DNA of 64,000 nucleotides from Candidatus Omnitrophota bacterium (lineage in GTDB: Bacteria; Omnitrophota; Gorgyraeia; 1-14-0-20-64-10). Shown here piece after piece: positions 62,871-64,000 of this stretch. Each line of letters opens with the position of its first letter. Within the stretch, counting starts at the first letter, position 1. The notes below the pieces were generated by a model. The model was not told the DNA's origin and did not search any database. It saw only the letters and a program-made list of their open reading frames with translations. The stretch covers positions 7,910 through 71,909 of the forward strand of contig JACQCH010000017.1 of assembly GCA_016201735.1 (NCBI GenBank), read 5' to 3'. Position numbers and translations under genes: made by a program.

Positions 62871-64000
62871 TACTTTCGCTTCTCTTTGTACAACCCGGCA
62901 AGCTCCTGCACCCGATCCACCAGGTACAGGCCGAAGCTCGGCCCGTACCAGGTCATCCAGGCTTCATAACTCCGGCGGCTCCATTGCTCCGGCGTGACCG
63001 CGTAACCGAGATAGCCGTTGGCGTATTCCACCAGGATCGGGGACAATCCTTGGGCTTCCAGTTTTTGTCTTAAATCCTGGCCGAGCCCGGTGGTCATCTC
63101 ACCGGACAACGGCACAAAGAGGACTTGATCCAGAGCAAGAAGATTCAAATCCGAAGAGGTGGGCCGAATGAACCGCCCGATTTGAGAAGGGATGGGAATA
63201 GGACCCAAATGCAACTGGGGAGGAGGCAGTGGAATCTCCCATCCCCAGGCGGCCAGATCCCCGTTGGACTTTACGCTGATTTGGTTCACCAATCCGGTGA
63301 CTCCTTCCGCCAACGCCCGCCCAAACCGGCCGATCCGTTCCTCCGGGGACGATCCGATCTCCCCCTTGGGCCTCAAGTCCCCGGCCGCCCCGTTGACAAA
63401 CAGACAGGTCGCCCCAGGATAGGTCTCCTCGATCAGGCGGCAGAATTCGCCGGGGTAGTCGGCGCTGAACCGGAACGCCTTTGAATCCATCAAGGTAGGA
63501 TGCGCCGAGGCATTAGCCAAAATCGCCAAGGGCCTTCCTTCCATCGAGTCAAACAGCAGGACCGTCACCGCCGGGTCAACTCCTCCCAAGGGATCCATCC
63601 GGTTCTCAATCAGCCCCCTCAAAAGCAGATTCCCCTTTCCCACCCCCCATCGGGCCGGCTGTTGATGATCGAACGCCTGCCGGACGGCCCAGATCACGCG
63701 GCCTTTGAGCCCCTCGACGATCTGGGACTGGTAGGACCCAAAGACCATCTGATAGAGAAATCCATCCGCGATCGAGCCGAGCCCGGAATGGGTATGGGTG
63801 CCGGCAAGAACAATGGCCCGCTTGGGAATCTTTAACTGTTCCGATACCTCATCCAAAATCTCCTCCGCCAGGGGCGGCGGAAACAGCAAGATGTCCGCGG
63901 AGACCAGAACCAGAATATCTTCCCCATCGTTTAAGACCAGCGCCCGGACGTAGAGAGGATCCCGGATTCCCACGGAGGGCTTGCCGCGCCGTTTGGAATA
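62870..64000 (-). CDS. neutral/alkaline ceramidase-like hydrolase, C-terminal ~370 aa; N-terminus lies beyond window end
   Basis: DPLYVRALVLNDGEDILVLVSAD and LAGTHTHSGLGS match neutral ceramidase N-domain motifs, which normally sit ~50-150 aa from the true start, so gene is 5'-truncated by the window. Confidence 0.6.
   Translation of the reverse strand, partial: YSKRRGKPSVGIRDPLYVRALVLNDGEDILVLVSADILLFPPPLAEEILDEVSEQLKIPKRAIVLAGTHTHSGLGSIADGFLYQMVFGSYQSQIVEGLKGRVIWAVRQAFDHQQPARWGVGKGNLLLRGLIENRMDPLGGVDPAVTVLLFDSMEGRPLAILANASAHPTLMDSKAFRFSADYPGEFCRLIEETYPGATCLFVNGAAGDLRPKGEIGSSPEERIGRFGRALAEGVTGLVNQISVKSNGDLAAWGWEIPLPPPQLHLGPIPIPSQIGRFIRPTSSDLNLLALDQVLFVPLSGEMTTGLGQDLRQKLEAQGLSPILVEYANGYLGYAVTPEQWSRRSYEAWMTWYGPSFGLYLVDRVQELAGLYKEKRK

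Noticed and set aside
1-64000. CRISPR arrays, rRNA, tRNA, tmRNA, integrase/transposase genes
   Set aside because: There are no short direct repeats with regular spacing, no rRNA-like or cloverleaf-compatible segments in the intergenic gaps, and no ORF with recombinase or transposase motifs. The repeats present are palindromic REP/MITE types, not CRISPR.

Overview
The window is GC-rich (roughly 60-70% by eye) bacterial chromosomal DNA with very compact gene packing. Nearly every gene from 1 to 42320 is on the minus strand, and many adjacent genes overlap by 4 nt (ATGA/GTGA).

Gene content by coordinate:
- 1-9.4 kb: corC-like (partial), nadD, proA, a His/Met-rich periplasmic protein, an O-methyltransferase, proB, obgE, rpmA, rplU, a TPR/HExxH protease and rng.
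- 9.8-25.7 kb: a complete type IVa pilus locus (pilQ-P-O-N-M, PilX-like, two minor pilins, pilA, pilC, pilB, a second PilB/GspE paralog, a standalone MshEN/GspE-N domain protein, pilT), followed by a HAMP-GAF-GGDEF protein with a degenerate GPEEF motif and a small Xis/AlpA-like HTH gene.
- 26.5-33.1 kb: elongasome genes rodA-mrdA-mreD-mreC-mreB and aroA.
- 34-40 kb: rluD-lgt-lspA-dksA-like-ileS.
- 39.7-42.3 kb: a PNP-family phosphorylase, yggT, proC (interrupted by one in-frame TAG) and yggS.
- 42.7-45.7 kb, plus strand: two tandem Zn-dependent alcohol dehydrogenases and a BtuF-like binding protein.
- 45.7-54.3 kb: a low-GC (~50%) island with an AbiEii toxin, a putative partner, a 2016-aa orphan secreted protein with an internal Tat-like/TM segment, and an AAA+ (DUF4143) ATPase.
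- 54.7-64 kb: an arginine-catabolism-like cluster (DDAH-like, ALDH, astA-like, M20 deacylase), a GDPD, two lipoprotein hydrolases and a partial neutral ceramidase.

Superimposed are several interspersed repeat families:
- a ~0.5 kb MITE-like element with ~45-bp terminal inverted repeats (copies at about 7.7, 18.8-19.3, 26.0-26.5 and 60.5 kb);
- small nested-palindrome REP-like units, several inserted in frame into housekeeping genes (nadD, aroA, the obg 3' end, an alpha/beta hydrolase);
- a structured GC-rich inverted-repeat element whose 3' arm (GGAGGGGCGGGGTGA) supplies the SD and GTG start of dksA and of the first ADH.

No rRNA, tRNA or CRISPR was found.
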